Below, one piece after another: positions 40,352 through 49,598 of a stretch of DNA of 64,000 nucleotides. The DNA is taken from the IMG/VR virus record IMGVR_UViG_3300042914_002167; one strand, written 5' to 3'. Under the pieces are notes generated by a model, which ran no database searches, was not told the origin of the DNA, and saw only the letters and a list, made by a program, of their open reading frames with translations. The DNA is from a virus. Every line of letters starts with the position of its first letter. Within the stretch, counting starts at the first letter, position 1. The translations under genes were made by a program, and so were the position numbers.

Positions 40352-40945
40352 ATGTATATCAATACAGAAACAAATCAATATCCACTTTCCGCGTCTGATA
40401 TTAGATCGGAAAATCCAAACACAAGTTTTCCTTCTCCTTTTGTTCCTTCATCTAAATATCAGTGGGTGTTTCCTACACCACAACCAACTTTTGATCCAGT
40501 GATTGAAGTTGCGATTGAAACAACACCCCAGTTCACATCAAAAGGAGTCTGGGAGCAAAGATGGGAAGTTGCGCCAAAGTTCACTGAGTACACCGACGAT
40601 GATGGCGTGACATACACTGTAGCAGAACAAGAAGCAGCCGCTATTGCAGCAGACACATCAGCCAAACTTGAAGCACTCCAGAGAACCATTGTAGAAAGAA
40701 CTCAAGCAAGACTTGATGCATTTGCTCTGACAAGAAACTACTCTAGCATTCTCTCTGCGACTACATACGTTGATAGTGCAATAACTAAGTTTGCCATAGA
40801 AGGCGCATACGCAAAGCAAACTAGAGATTCTACATGGGCTACACTCTATGAAATTCTAGCAGAAGTTCAAGCTGGAACAAGACCAGTTCCTAACTCATAT
40901 GAAGAGATTGAGCCAGAATTGCCAGTTCTTCAATGGCAGAATTGA
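40352..40945 (+). CDS. tail fibre assembly/chaperone-like protein
   Basis: YP...R..NPNTSFP, W.Q.W and Q.RLD.FA..R.Y..I.SA.TY...F..EG....RD..W...LP.L.W. Confidence 0.7.
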   Translation: MYINTETNQYPLSASDIRSENPNTSFPSPFVPSSKYQWVFPTPQPTFDPVIEVAIETTPQFTSKGVWEQRWEVAPKFTEYTDDDGVTYTVAEQEAAAIAADTSAKLEALQRTIVERTQARLDAFALTRNYSSILSATTYVDSAITKFAIEGAYAKQTRDSTWATLYEILAEVQAGTRPVPNSYEEIEPELPVLQWQN

Positions 40946-40980
40946 TAAATAGAAAAAGAACAACAAGAGGAATACCCTAA

Positions 40981-41388
40981 ATGACAATTGCAAGAGACTT
41001 AGCAAACGTTGCATCGTTGATGGCGTCATCAAGTGCCAATGTTGTCTTTGATAACACTGTCATTTTGAGTGGCGGTGTTTCTAATGGTGTTATTTTTCTC
41101 GACGACTCAAAAACTGCAAGAACGACATCATCTTTCGTTTATGATTCTGCAAATACCAGAATAGGTATCAACACATCTACACCTAGAGCATCAATTGATA
41201 TAAATACGACAGATGGTATGATTCCTCCTTCTGGAACAACGGCACAAAGACCCAATGTTCCTATTGAAGGATTACTCAGATGGAACACAGAAACTAAGAC
41301 AACAGAACAATATACAGGTACAAAATGGACACCTATTGCGGGTGTTGATAAAAATGCAATATCATTCTTCTTTGCGTCTAGTTTTTAA
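40981..41388 (+). CDS. small virion fibre/adaptor protein
   Basis: MT.ARDLA, RIGINT.TP and P.GTTAQRP...G..RWN motifs; late promoter-like GATAAATA at 40944-40951. Confidence 0.65.
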   Translation: MTIARDLANVASLMASSSANVVFDNTVILSGGVSNGVIFLDDSKTARTTSSFVYDSANTRIGINTSTPRASIDINTTDGMIPPSGTTAQRPNVPIEGLLRWNTETKTTEQYTGTKWTPIAGVDKNAISFFFASSF

Positions 41389-41407
41389 TAAAGAATAGGA
41401 AAAAACA

Positions 41408-41731
41408 ATGCCTTCTGGAAGATTAGCAAAATCAAATCCTGCAGCGGAAACAATTACCACCGTTTACACTTCACCCGCGAATACATATGTTGTTTGTACC
41501 GCTGCGATGCTAAATTATGGCGATTCAACAACAACATTCAGGTTGTCTATACTAGAAAGTGCTAATAGTACACCTTCAGTATCAGACTTCATAGAGTATG
41601 ACACCGTTATTACATCAAAAAATGTCATAGAACGATCTGGTATTGTAATTGGCAATGGGCAAAAAATAGCCGTGTCGTCACCAACATCATCATTGATTGT
41701 CAATGTGTTTGGAATTGAAACTACACAATAA
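41408..41731 (+). CDS. small virion-associated beta protein
   Basis: TTVYT.P, N......RL, IEYD..I....ERSGIV and V.GIE motifs seen in T4-like fibre clusters. Confidence 0.6.
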   Translation: MPSGRLAKSNPAAETITTVYTSPANTYVVCTAAMLNYGDSTTTFRLSILESANSTPSVSDFIEYDTVITSKNVIERSGIVIGNGQKIAVSSPTSSLIVNVFGIETTQ

Positions 41732-41755
41732 AGAATTCAATAGGAGATAAAGAAC

Positions 41756-42340
41756 ATGGAAACAATTTTAGTTTACGAAAAAAATACAGGAATTATTCAA
41801 GGTGCTGTTGGTTTGCCGTCACTTGATTATTTTCACAAAAGTAGAATGAAGCCTGTTATGAATACTGTAAATCTATTAGATAATAATGGCGTTGCGGTTG
41901 GCACGGCTGAAGTTCCATTGATTGATCCTGAGTTCGGTCAAGTATTTATTGATGATCCATTACCAGAGCATCTTGGAATCATATATGTTTCTACTAAATC
42001 TGAGAGTGATCTTCTCTCTGAAGAGATTGAAGATTTTACTTTTTCAGAAAAAAATATTGAAGTGCTCAATTCTAATAATAGCATAACAATTACAGTCGCA
42101 AAAACTACACCAAAACTTAGAATTTTGAGAAAAATAAATGATGAAGGAAAAGTTGAATTGCAACCTGTAATGCGTAAAAGAATTCTATCCGAACATACAA
42201 ATGACGCAATTGCAGATTTGTCACTAGGCGATTATGTAATTGACGACACCGATTTTTCCGCATTTTATACTGAAATTTCTAATAAATATAAGATTGAAGT
42301 TAGTCAATCTGGTAAAAAAACTTTAGTTCTAAGAGGATAA
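41756..42340 (+). CDS. hypothetical protein (possible fibre chaperone)
   Basis: 194-aa ORF with GGAG SD; abuts the Cys-rich gene. Confidence 0.65.
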   Translation: METILVYEKNTGIIQGAVGLPSLDYFHKSRMKPVMNTVNLLDNNGVAVGTAEVPLIDPEFGQVFIDDPLPEHLGIIYVSTKSESDLLSEEIEDFTFSEKNIEVLNSNNSITITVAKTTPKLRILRKINDEGKVELQPVMRKRILSEHTNDAIADLSLGDYVIDDTDFSAFYTEISNKYKIEVSQSGKKTLVLRG

Positions 42341-42341
42341 T

Positions 42342-45300
42342 ATGGGCCGTTATATAGGTGTTCCTGAATCTCTGATAACGGAGATTGAAAATATTGTTCC
42401 AGTCGCAAGACGATTCAATAATCGGTGTCTATACACAACTCCCGGCACATATACATTCACTGTACCTGTTGGTGTAACTTGTATTAATGCTGTCGCGGTA
42501 GGTCCTGGTGGCACTCAATGCTCTATTTTAGAGTGCATGATTACATGCGGAACTATTGCTTGTTTATCAACATCTATGTGTGTCATAAAAAAGTTTCACG
42601 ATGACGCTGGATCTACATGCATGTTATCATCTGTTGCGCGAGATCCTGTTGAAAATATATGCACATGTGCATTTGAAGTCTGTAGGTACCTGTGTTCTAC
42701 TACATTAAAGGACCGTTGGTCAATATATATTGACCAAGGCACCTCCGGTTGCTACATGTGCGCAGGAGGAAAAACAGATTTCACTAATCAGACGATGAAG
42801 TTTTCTTATTTTCCGTCAGGTCCTGGTGGAGGATATACAGAAAAAGCTGCAAATACTGTAGCTGGATGCACATATACCGTAATTGTTGGGCAGAATTGCT
42901 CTGTGGGTGGATTCTCATGTGTAAGTGGTCAGAACGTAAGCATCTGCGCGACAGGACCCATCATGGTAAGTTGCGCTGGTTTGGTAGATGCAAATAATTC
43001 TACATTTTATAATATTAGCGGCACATGGCGGACACCAGATGCATGGAATTACATGGACACATGCAGCATTTCCACAAGCTGCAGCGGCACCACGCCGTGG
43101 TGCTGTTTTGCGTGTTTTAGTAAATGTGGCAGTCGGGGCGAACTCGCATATTGTATAGAATCTCGCTGGTGTGCATGTGTAGCCCAGGGGCAAGGCTTTG
43201 GTGGAGATATTAATCGTACTGGAGGATTTTGTTGCCTATCATACACAACGCAATTATTAACATCTAATCCTTGCTATCCCTGTGGAGTTCTTACAGGATG
43301 TTGCTCAAGTGTCCTTGGGACAGGATCTATTTTTGCATGCGGCGCCGCCGCATGCACTACTACAGGAGGATATACAACAAACAATTGTTGTGGTGCCTCG
43401 GTATTTTGTTGCATACTTTGCACACCTTTTGTTAGCTCTTGCGGCACGGGTAGTATAGGAACATTTATTTTATCCATGTGCATGTATAAGCGCATTACGC
43501 AATACTGCACACCTCTGGACGTCATCAGCGGCGCCTGCACAGCCTGCATATTCCAAAATAATTGCGCGTATTTCACTTTCTCACAATCATCAAGAGAAAC
43601 AGGAAATACTATTTCATGCATAACTAATTTTAACTTCAATTCTCCTGGAAATTTTAATCCTTATTGTAGCATCAAAGCAGGATGCACTGGTTGCATATCT
43701 ACGACTTTGTGTCACTGCACATGTATGCTTGTATGTGATATTACTTGTCCTGGCAGTGTGTCCGGCGGCAGTGCTTCTAGACAAACGATTTGCGGTGGAT
43801 GGCACACATTCATTTATGATTGGAAGGGTATAACTCCTGAAACTTCTGGTGGATGGTGTGGTAATCCATACTACTGTATGAATTGTGTATTGGTTGGTAA
43901 TACATGTAATCGTTTCAAATTTGGAGGAAGTTCTGCAGGTAATTTTTATGGTAATGGCGTTTCTGCCCTTAACGATTCTAATGTATATACTTTGTGCTGC
44001 AATAGAAATTTTGGACACTGTGACACAACTCCAGCAACAGTCGCTACAGTTTGTAATATGAATGGGCTTGCGAATATTACGTGTATGGCAGCGCAGGTGA
44101 CGACACCAGAAGCAACTACCATGTGCCTCGGGCCCTGTGCTTTTATGCCATTCTTGTACAACATATCTACTTGGTGGCGCCACGACACCGGCAACTGCTG
44201 TACTTATTCACTAGGTACACCATCACTAAGTTGTCAATGCAAAACGCCAATTCTTTATGGTATTCCTGTATATGAATGTTCAACATCGTGTAATTGTGAT
44301 ATGTATTCTTTCCCCACAACAGGAACATGTACTGTTCTGGACATGTTTAGGGTACATCCATTGCCTGGAATTTCTAGACATTCATCTATTTCAAATCACA
44401 AAAGCAATGCATATCATGATATGTTTATTAATTGGGCTGGTAATGTTATGTTCAATAACTTGCAAGCTGGTGCGGGGTGTACATGTTTTGCAACAGCTTG
44501 CACTTGCTGCAATAGATTTTCGCCTTATTACCTCAATGCAGGCTTCAACGGACTGTGCTTTGCACCATGTGGCGAGTTCAGGATTGTGCCTGCAAAAACT
44601 TGCATGAAATATTATTCAACAGTTGCTTGCGTTCCTTTAGATTGCTGTGGTTCATGTGGTCCAAATCCACTTGTAACTGTTGTGCCACTTACAAGTGGCA
44701 CTAGAGATTTTGTGTCATATAATTTCTTTTGCAATTTGTGCACAACAGTCATGGTGCAAACTGCGGGATATAATTGCAGATATTATGGGCTTAATTGTTA
44801 CTGGCCATGTGCATTGTGTTATGATTTCTGTAATACTACATGCAGAGTCAACAATTTGAATCCTTTATTGAATTTGTACGATTACATTTGCTCAAACCCA
44901 GAAGATCGTTCAACAGGATCTACACCAACATGCGTTGGCATTAATACTCCATTCTGTCATTTGTTGACATTTGGTTCCATGATACCATTGAATACTAACA
45001 GCATTCTAACTAATTTTTATTTCCCTCAAGCAACGACGGTGTGTTGTGTTTATAAATCTTCAGACAAAATTACTGTAAATGATGCTCTTTATAATGCGCA
45101 ATACGTACACAATTTTGGATATTGTTTGATTAACACTCGGGTTAACCCAGCCGTATGGCAGGGCGGCGGGTGCGGTGTAGCCTGTCACACCTGGAATAGG
45201 ATTGTTGCACTATCTCAAATTTGCTTTGACCAGTGTAAAGTATCTGGTATATGTAATTGCAGTTTGGCTGCATGCTGTTATTATGCTCAGGGTGGCGCTG

Positions 45301-46424
45301 GTATTGGAACAGCAGGCATTTGGGGAGAAGGTACTGTTTCATGTAATCTAACTTCTTCGGGTGGTGGTAACATTAAGTGCCTATCTCACTGCTTAAATCT
45401 TCAAGCGACATATTGCAATTGCTCTATGGGTTGCTGTTGGTTGCAGAATTTACCTTGTGCAGCTGGCTGGGGAATGAATTCTACCCTAGCGCAAATAACA
45501 ATATGTGACACATTAAATTGTGGTTCAGGTGCAATTATTTCACCAAATTGGACAGCATATCAATGCTGCGCCGGTGTATTATGTGTACCCGCTCCATGCG
45601 GCAATGCAACTATACCCAATCAAGCGGGTGTTCCTGGCACTGGGCATCTTGCATCAATTACTGTGTTGTGTGGCGGTATTAACTACAGTACTTCAACAAA
45701 TACTTGTGCGCAATTAACTCCTTGTATGTGTGTGGCGTCAACTTATAGTAGTACACCTTGGCGATCAGAAATTGACCGCTTGCTGACCACTCTACCCTGC
45801 TGTAACGCGCCGGTCTGGTGTAATAACGGGTGTCCATTCACATTTACTGCTGCTGGACCGCTGTGTGGTTTACCAGTAATTACTCCTGCAATGTGCGTGT
45901 GTGTTGTCACACCATTTTCTAATTATTCCAATGTGGTTGCAACATATGCAGAAGGCTCTGGCGGTGGATCAAAGACAGGAATTCCGTCTTGTGCCAAGTA
46001 TTCATCAATCACCGAATCTTCATCAATTGTGTCTGTATCGCCAGCTAGAGGTGGTAGAGGCAATGAAGCTCCATATGATCCGTATTACTTTTCGTATCCT
46101 GGAATTAGCGCAAGAATTAATACACCTAAATCTCCAGCGACATACGTTGGAGATAATGTGTCAGGTTGCTCATGGTTTGATACAAATCAGATTTTAGGAT
46201 CAGGCGGTAATGGCACATTTTGTTCTGAAAAGTACGCTTGTATCTTTGTTCAGGGTCCAGGTCCTGGAGGCGGTGGCGCAAACGGGATAACAGCAACTGG
46301 TACAACTTTCGCTACTGGTGGTGTTCTGGGAGGAGGTGCTGGCTGCTGCGGCGCAGGTGGTGCTGGAGGTGGTGCTGGATGGAATGGTACACCAGGCAAT
46401 GGTATGGTAGTAATCTACTGGTAA
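42342..46424 (+). CDS. giant cysteine-rich fibre-like protein
   Basis: 1360 aa, about 141 Cys by manual count. N-terminal TPGTYTFTVP.GVT.I.AVAVG.GG and C-terminal GGGGA...G.GMVVIYW match Gly-rich phage fibre tips. Confidence 0.8.
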   Translation: MGRYIGVPESLITEIENIVPVARRFNNRCLYTTPGTYTFTVPVGVTCINAVAVGPGGTQCSILECMITCGTIACLSTSMCVIKKFHDDAGSTCMLSSVARDPVENICTCAFEVCRYLCSTTLKDRWSIYIDQGTSGCYMCAGGKTDFTNQTMKFSYFPSGPGGGYTEKAANTVAGCTYTVIVGQNCSVGGFSCVSGQNVSICATGPIMVSCAGLVDANNSTFYNISGTWRTPDAWNYMDTCSISTSCSGTTPWCCFACFSKCGSRGELAYCIESRWCACVAQGQGFGGDINRTGGFCCLSYTTQLLTSNPCYPCGVLTGCCSSVLGTGSIFACGAAACTTTGGYTTNNCCGASVFCCILCTPFVSSCGTGSIGTFILSMCMYKRITQYCTPLDVISGACTACIFQNNCAYFTFSQSSRETGNTISCITNFNFNSPGNFNPYCSIKAGCTGCISTTLCHCTCMLVCDITCPGSVSGGSASRQTICGGWHTFIYDWKGITPETSGGWCGNPYYCMNCVLVGNTCNRFKFGGSSAGNFYGNGVSALNDSNVYTLCCNRNFGHCDTTPATVATVCNMNGLANITCMAAQVTTPEATTMCLGPCAFMPFLYNISTWWRHDTGNCCTYSLGTPSLSCQCKTPILYGIPVYECSTSCNCDMYSFPTTGTCTVLDMFRVHPLPGISRHSSISNHKSNAYHDMFINWAGNVMFNNLQAGAGCTCFATACTCCNRFSPYYLNAGFNGLCFAPCGEFRIVPAKTCMKYYSTVACVPLDCCGSCGPNPLVTVVPLTSGTRDFVSYNFFCNLCTTVMVQTAGYNCRYYGLNCYWPCALCYDFCNTTCRVNNLNPLLNLYDYICSNPEDRSTGSTPTCVGINTPFCHLLTFGSMIPLNTNSILTNFYFPQATTVCCVYKSSDKITVNDALYNAQYVHNFGYCLINTRVNPAVWQGGGCGVACHTWNRIVALSQICFDQCKVSGICNCSLAACCYYAQGGAGIGTAGIWGEGTVSCNLTSSGGGNIKCLSHCLNLQATYCNCSMGCCWLQNLPCAAGWGMNSTLAQITICDTLNCGSGAIISPNWTAYQCCAGVLCVPAPCGNATIPNQAGVPGTGHLASITVLCGGINYSTSTNTCAQLTPCMCVASTYSSTPWRSEIDRLLTTLPCCNAPVWCNNGCPFTFTAAGPLCGLPVITPAMCVCVVTPFSNYSNVVATYAEGSGGGSKTGIPSCAKYSSITESSSIVSVSPARGGRGNEAPYDPYYFSYPGISARINTPKSPATYVGDNVSGCSWFDTNQILGSGGNGTFCSEKYACIFVQGPGPGGGGANGITATGTTFATGGVLGGGAGCCGAGGAGGGAGWNGTPGNGMVVIYW

Positions 46425-46442
46425 TCTACTAGAGTACATAAA

Positions 46443-46470
46443 ATGTCAAGGGAGATATCTCCCTTGACAT
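46443..46470. repeat. perfect 28-bp palindrome
   Basis: ATGTCAAGGGAGAT|ATCTCCCTTGACAT. Confidence 0.95.
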
Positions 46471-46492
46471 GCGATGGCAGATGCTATATAAT
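46464..46492 (+). promoter_or_regulatory. consensus sigma70 promoter
   Basis: TTGACA (46464-46469), 17 bp, TATAAT (46487-46492); GGAG SD before ATG 46544. Confidence 0.88.
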
Positions 46493-46543
46493 GTATGAAA
46501 CGAAAAACACGTTTTTCGTGCTTTAATCATTTTTGGAGTTATT

Positions 46544-47485
46544 ATGAAAAAAAGAAAAGTGTTTTATATTGACGGCGGCGCTGGGCGCGTGATCGCAGCA
46601 ATTCCAGCATTAAAAAAATACGCAAAGTTGCATCCTTCCGATGATTGGGGTGTTGTAATTGCCGGATGGGATAATCTTTTGTGGGGTATTCCTGAGCTAC
46701 AAGAGCGCACATATAGCACAGACACGAAAGGATTGTTCAAGAATTTCTTGATTGATGCTGACATAGAAACACCAGAACCATATCGTGTCAATGGATATTT
46801 TCAACAAAAACTTTCACTAGCAGAAGCGTTTGATTTTGAAATCAATCGCACCGATGATCACTCCAATCTCGGCGTACCCCAGATGATTCTCAGCAAGGCT
46901 GAAGAGAAACAAGCATCTAATGTTGTGGCTGATGTTAAACAACAGCAGGGTAAAAATATCACTTTAGTGATTCAACCCTTTGGGCGATCAGCCCGTCTTG
47001 ATCGCACAGACATCATTGATGATAGTTCGCGTTCACTAGAACCTCAAGCATATCTTTCACTCGCAAAGAAACTCTCAACAAAGTATAATCTGATTTTCTT
47101 TGGAGAGCAACAACTATTCATGCAAGCAGATACATATACATTCAAGCTACAAACAGACTTGCGCGGCTGGGCAGCAATTGTTGAATGTGCAGACTATTTT
47201 GTTGGCGTTGATTCTGTCGGGCAACATATGGCAAGAGCATTCAACAAACCAGGAACAGTTGTTGTCGGATCAACATTCCCGATAAATACTACATATCCCG
47301 ATTACTTCCAATTGTATGAGAAGCGAGGTATCGAAAAAGTTTATTCACCAATTCGAATTAGCGGATTGGATGGACATCTAGCAGATCGTCTAAATGACCG
47401 TTGCATGGACTTTGATGAAAAAGAAGTTGATGAACTATTCATGAAGATTGTCGGTGACATTGAAAAGAAAGTAAAGGTAAAGTAA
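46544..47485 (+). CDS. GT9-like (ADP-heptose-type) glycosyltransferase
   Basis: GGAGRVI.AIPAL N-terminal motif, IQPFG, and LRGWAAIVECADYFVGVDSVGQHMARAFNKPGTVVVGST (GT9 G.DSG..H.A.A...P signature). Confidence 0.75.
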   Translation: MKKRKVFYIDGGAGRVIAAIPALKKYAKLHPSDDWGVVIAGWDNLLWGIPELQERTYSTDTKGLFKNFLIDADIETPEPYRVNGYFQQKLSLAEAFDFEINRTDDHSNLGVPQMILSKAEEKQASNVVADVKQQQGKNITLVIQPFGRSARLDRTDIIDDSSRSLEPQAYLSLAKKLSTKYNLIFFGEQQLFMQADTYTFKLQTDLRGWAAIVECADYFVGVDSVGQHMARAFNKPGTVVVGSTFPINTTYPDYFQLYEKRGIEKVYSPIRISGLDGHLADRLNDRCMDFDEKEVDELFMKIVGDIEKKVKVK

Positions 47486-47487
47486 AC

Positions 47488-49275
47488 ATGGCATATAATA
47501 TTCTAGCGATTAATCCTGGGCACAATGGCTCTGCTGCATTGTTATCTGATGGAAAAATTAAATACTATGTCGAGGAAGAACGTCTAACCCGCATGAAGTA
47601 TGATGGCAATCCATTCAAAGCAATGATGGATATCATGGGCAAATGGCAAGTAGATGAATTGGTCATTGCGGGCACAGGTCAAGAAACTCATAGTCTTCCT
47701 TGGACAGGTGAAGATTCTTACACCGCACTTGTGCGTAAGTTTTATCCTCAAGTCAAAGTAACAAAGCTAGGGCACGAACATCACCTAGGGCATGCTGCAT
47801 GCGCATTCTACAATTCGGGGTTTGAAGAAGCCATTGCTATCATTGTAGATGGTGCAGGCTCTAAACACAAAGTCAAAGTAGAACTTGAAGAGGGTAAAGA
47901 AGGCGAGACTCCAGAACTTGAAGGCTATGAAGTTGAATCGGTGTATGTGTGTAAGTATCCGCACGAATTCGGTGCAGTATTCAAGTCATATGGATTCAAT
48001 ACTGGCGGATATCAACAATACAAAAATATGCTCTTTGATGATACTGCTGGGATTACAAAGACATATGAAGGAGTTTCTCAATATCTAGGATTTGGATTTA
48101 TCGAAGCAGGTAAGACTATGGGTCTTGCTCCATACGGTAAAGAAGACAAGAACATTCCTAATCTCTTTAATAGGGGCCGTGGTTCTAAGGACATGTTCAT
48201 TCCAGCATATCCTGCAGGATCTTATGTAGACCAAAATCGCAATCCTCAATTCAAGCAAGACGGCGATCCCGGAGCATGGCATACTGATCCGTCAAAACTG
48301 CCCGACATTGCTAAAAATCTTGCATATGCGGTCCAGAGGGATAGTCAAGCACTCTTGCTTGGTTTGATTCAGCAGGCTGTTCAGGTAACCGGTATTAAGA
48401 ATGTGGTGATTGCTGGTGGTTATGGATTGAACTGTGTAGCTAACTACTTCTTGCGCAAGAATCTACCAAAAGACATCAATCTATATTGTGAACCAATTGC
48501 ACACGATGGCGGTACCGCTATTGGTGCAGCTAAACTCTTCTGGCATCTAGGCACTAATTCTACAGAGATTGATCCCCAGACTTCCCTCTATTACGGTCCA
48601 GAGTATAATCCCGAATTCGTTCAGAATGTGTTAGATGCCCACAAAGATCACATAACAGTTGAACCTGCTGATGCTGCTAAGATTGCTCAAATGATTGCAG
48701 ATAAGGAAATTGTGTCTATTTTCCAGGGTCGTTCGGAAGCTGGTCCTCGTGCATTGGGCAACAGATCAATCATCTATGATCCTCGCGATCCTAATGGTAA
48801 AGATCATGTTAATGTAGTCAAGGGAAGAGAGTGGTTCCGCCCATTCGCTGGCTCAGTATTAAAAGAAGATGCTGCTGACTGGTTTGATCTTGCTGGTATG
48901 CAAGAAACTCCACACATGATGTATGCTGTAAATGTTGCCGCCGACAAGATTAAGAAGATTCCGGCTGTGTGTCACGTTGATGATACTTGTCGGGTTCAGA
49001 CTGTGACAGAAGAAAACAACAAGCATTACTATGAATTGATCAAAGCATTCAAAGAGATCACAGGAGTTCCTGTTCTGTTCAACACATCTTTCAATCTTGC
49101 TGGCGATCCATTGGTGGAAACTCCTATTGATGCACTGATAACTATGTACAGATCAAAACTTAAGTATCTGTATATGCCTGAGTTGGGTGTATTGGTGACT
49201 AAGACGATGCCTGATCCAGAACCACCAAAAGAACCTATAGAGGACGAAGCGAAAGATGATACAGTTACCGGTTAA
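47488..49275 (+). CDS. carbamoyltransferase (NodU/CmcH/TobZ family)
   Basis: EEERL.R.K, HH..HA, DG.G, GKTMGLAPYG, GG..LNCVAN, D.G.AIGAA, E.GPRALGNRS, RE.FRPFA, HVD.T.R.QTV and NTSFN. Confidence 0.94.
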   Translation: MAYNILAINPGHNGSAALLSDGKIKYYVEEERLTRMKYDGNPFKAMMDIMGKWQVDELVIAGTGQETHSLPWTGEDSYTALVRKFYPQVKVTKLGHEHHLGHAACAFYNSGFEEAIAIIVDGAGSKHKVKVELEEGKEGETPELEGYEVESVYVCKYPHEFGAVFKSYGFNTGGYQQYKNMLFDDTAGITKTYEGVSQYLGFGFIEAGKTMGLAPYGKEDKNIPNLFNRGRGSKDMFIPAYPAGSYVDQNRNPQFKQDGDPGAWHTDPSKLPDIAKNLAYAVQRDSQALLLGLIQQAVQVTGIKNVVIAGGYGLNCVANYFLRKNLPKDINLYCEPIAHDGGTAIGAAKLFWHLGTNSTEIDPQTSLYYGPEYNPEFVQNVLDAHKDHITVEPADAAKIAQMIADKEIVSIFQGRSEAGPRALGNRSIIYDPRDPNGKDHVNVVKGREWFRPFAGSVLKEDAADWFDLAGMQETPHMMYAVNVAADKIKKIPAVCHVDDTCRVQTVTEENNKHYYELIKAFKEITGVPVLFNTSFNLAGDPLVETPIDALITMYRSKLKYLYMPELGVLVTKTMPDPEPPKEPIEDEAKDDTVTG

Positions 49276-49570
49276 TCTCAGATTGATTGGTAAGCGTAAA
49301 GTTGCGATGGTGCCCTCTCAGAGGGCTACCGAAACAGAGTCTGGGATTCAACTTGCAGTCATCAATACAAAGCATGAATACAAGCGATGCATCGTAATTC
49401 AAGTGACTGACGATATCACTGACATTAGAGTTGGTGATGAAGTACTCGCGAATTGGAGCAAATCCAAAACGGGTACGCTGAAAGGATGGAGCGAAGAGTT
49501 GCGATCTAGCTATGATATCATGGTACACCTTCTAGACGAAGACGATATCTTAGCGATATACGAAGACTAA
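49256..49570 (+). CDS. GroES-like co-chaperonin
   Basis: ETESGIQL mobile-loop-like motif, V....I.VGDEVL and E.DILAI; 104 aa. Confidence 0.6.
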   Translation: MIQLPVNLRLIGKRKVAMVPSQRATETESGIQLAVINTKHEYKRCIVIQVTDDITDIRVGDEVLANWSKSKTGTLKGWSEELRSSYDIMVHLLDEDDILAIYED

Positions 49571-49598
49571 AAAAAAGGGGCTTTAAGCCCCTTTTTTT
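49569..49598. terminator. bidirectional intrinsic terminator
   Basis: A8-GGGGCT-TTA-AGCCCC-T7 between convergent operons. Confidence 0.88.

Noticed and set aside
38375-46424. Diversity-generating retroelement acting on fibre genes
   Set aside because: No reverse transcriptase and no template/variable repeat pair differing at adenines was seen in the window.
42342-46424. Cys-rich ORF as a wrong-frame or recoding artefact
   Set aside because: It is a 4-kb uninterrupted frame with SD, recognisable fibre motifs at both ends and operon-like spacing; alternative frames give only short ORFs.
46421-46449. Leftward promoter from the mirror TTGACA in the palindrome
   Set aside because: No acceptable -10 hexamer at 16-18 bp spacing on the minus strand.
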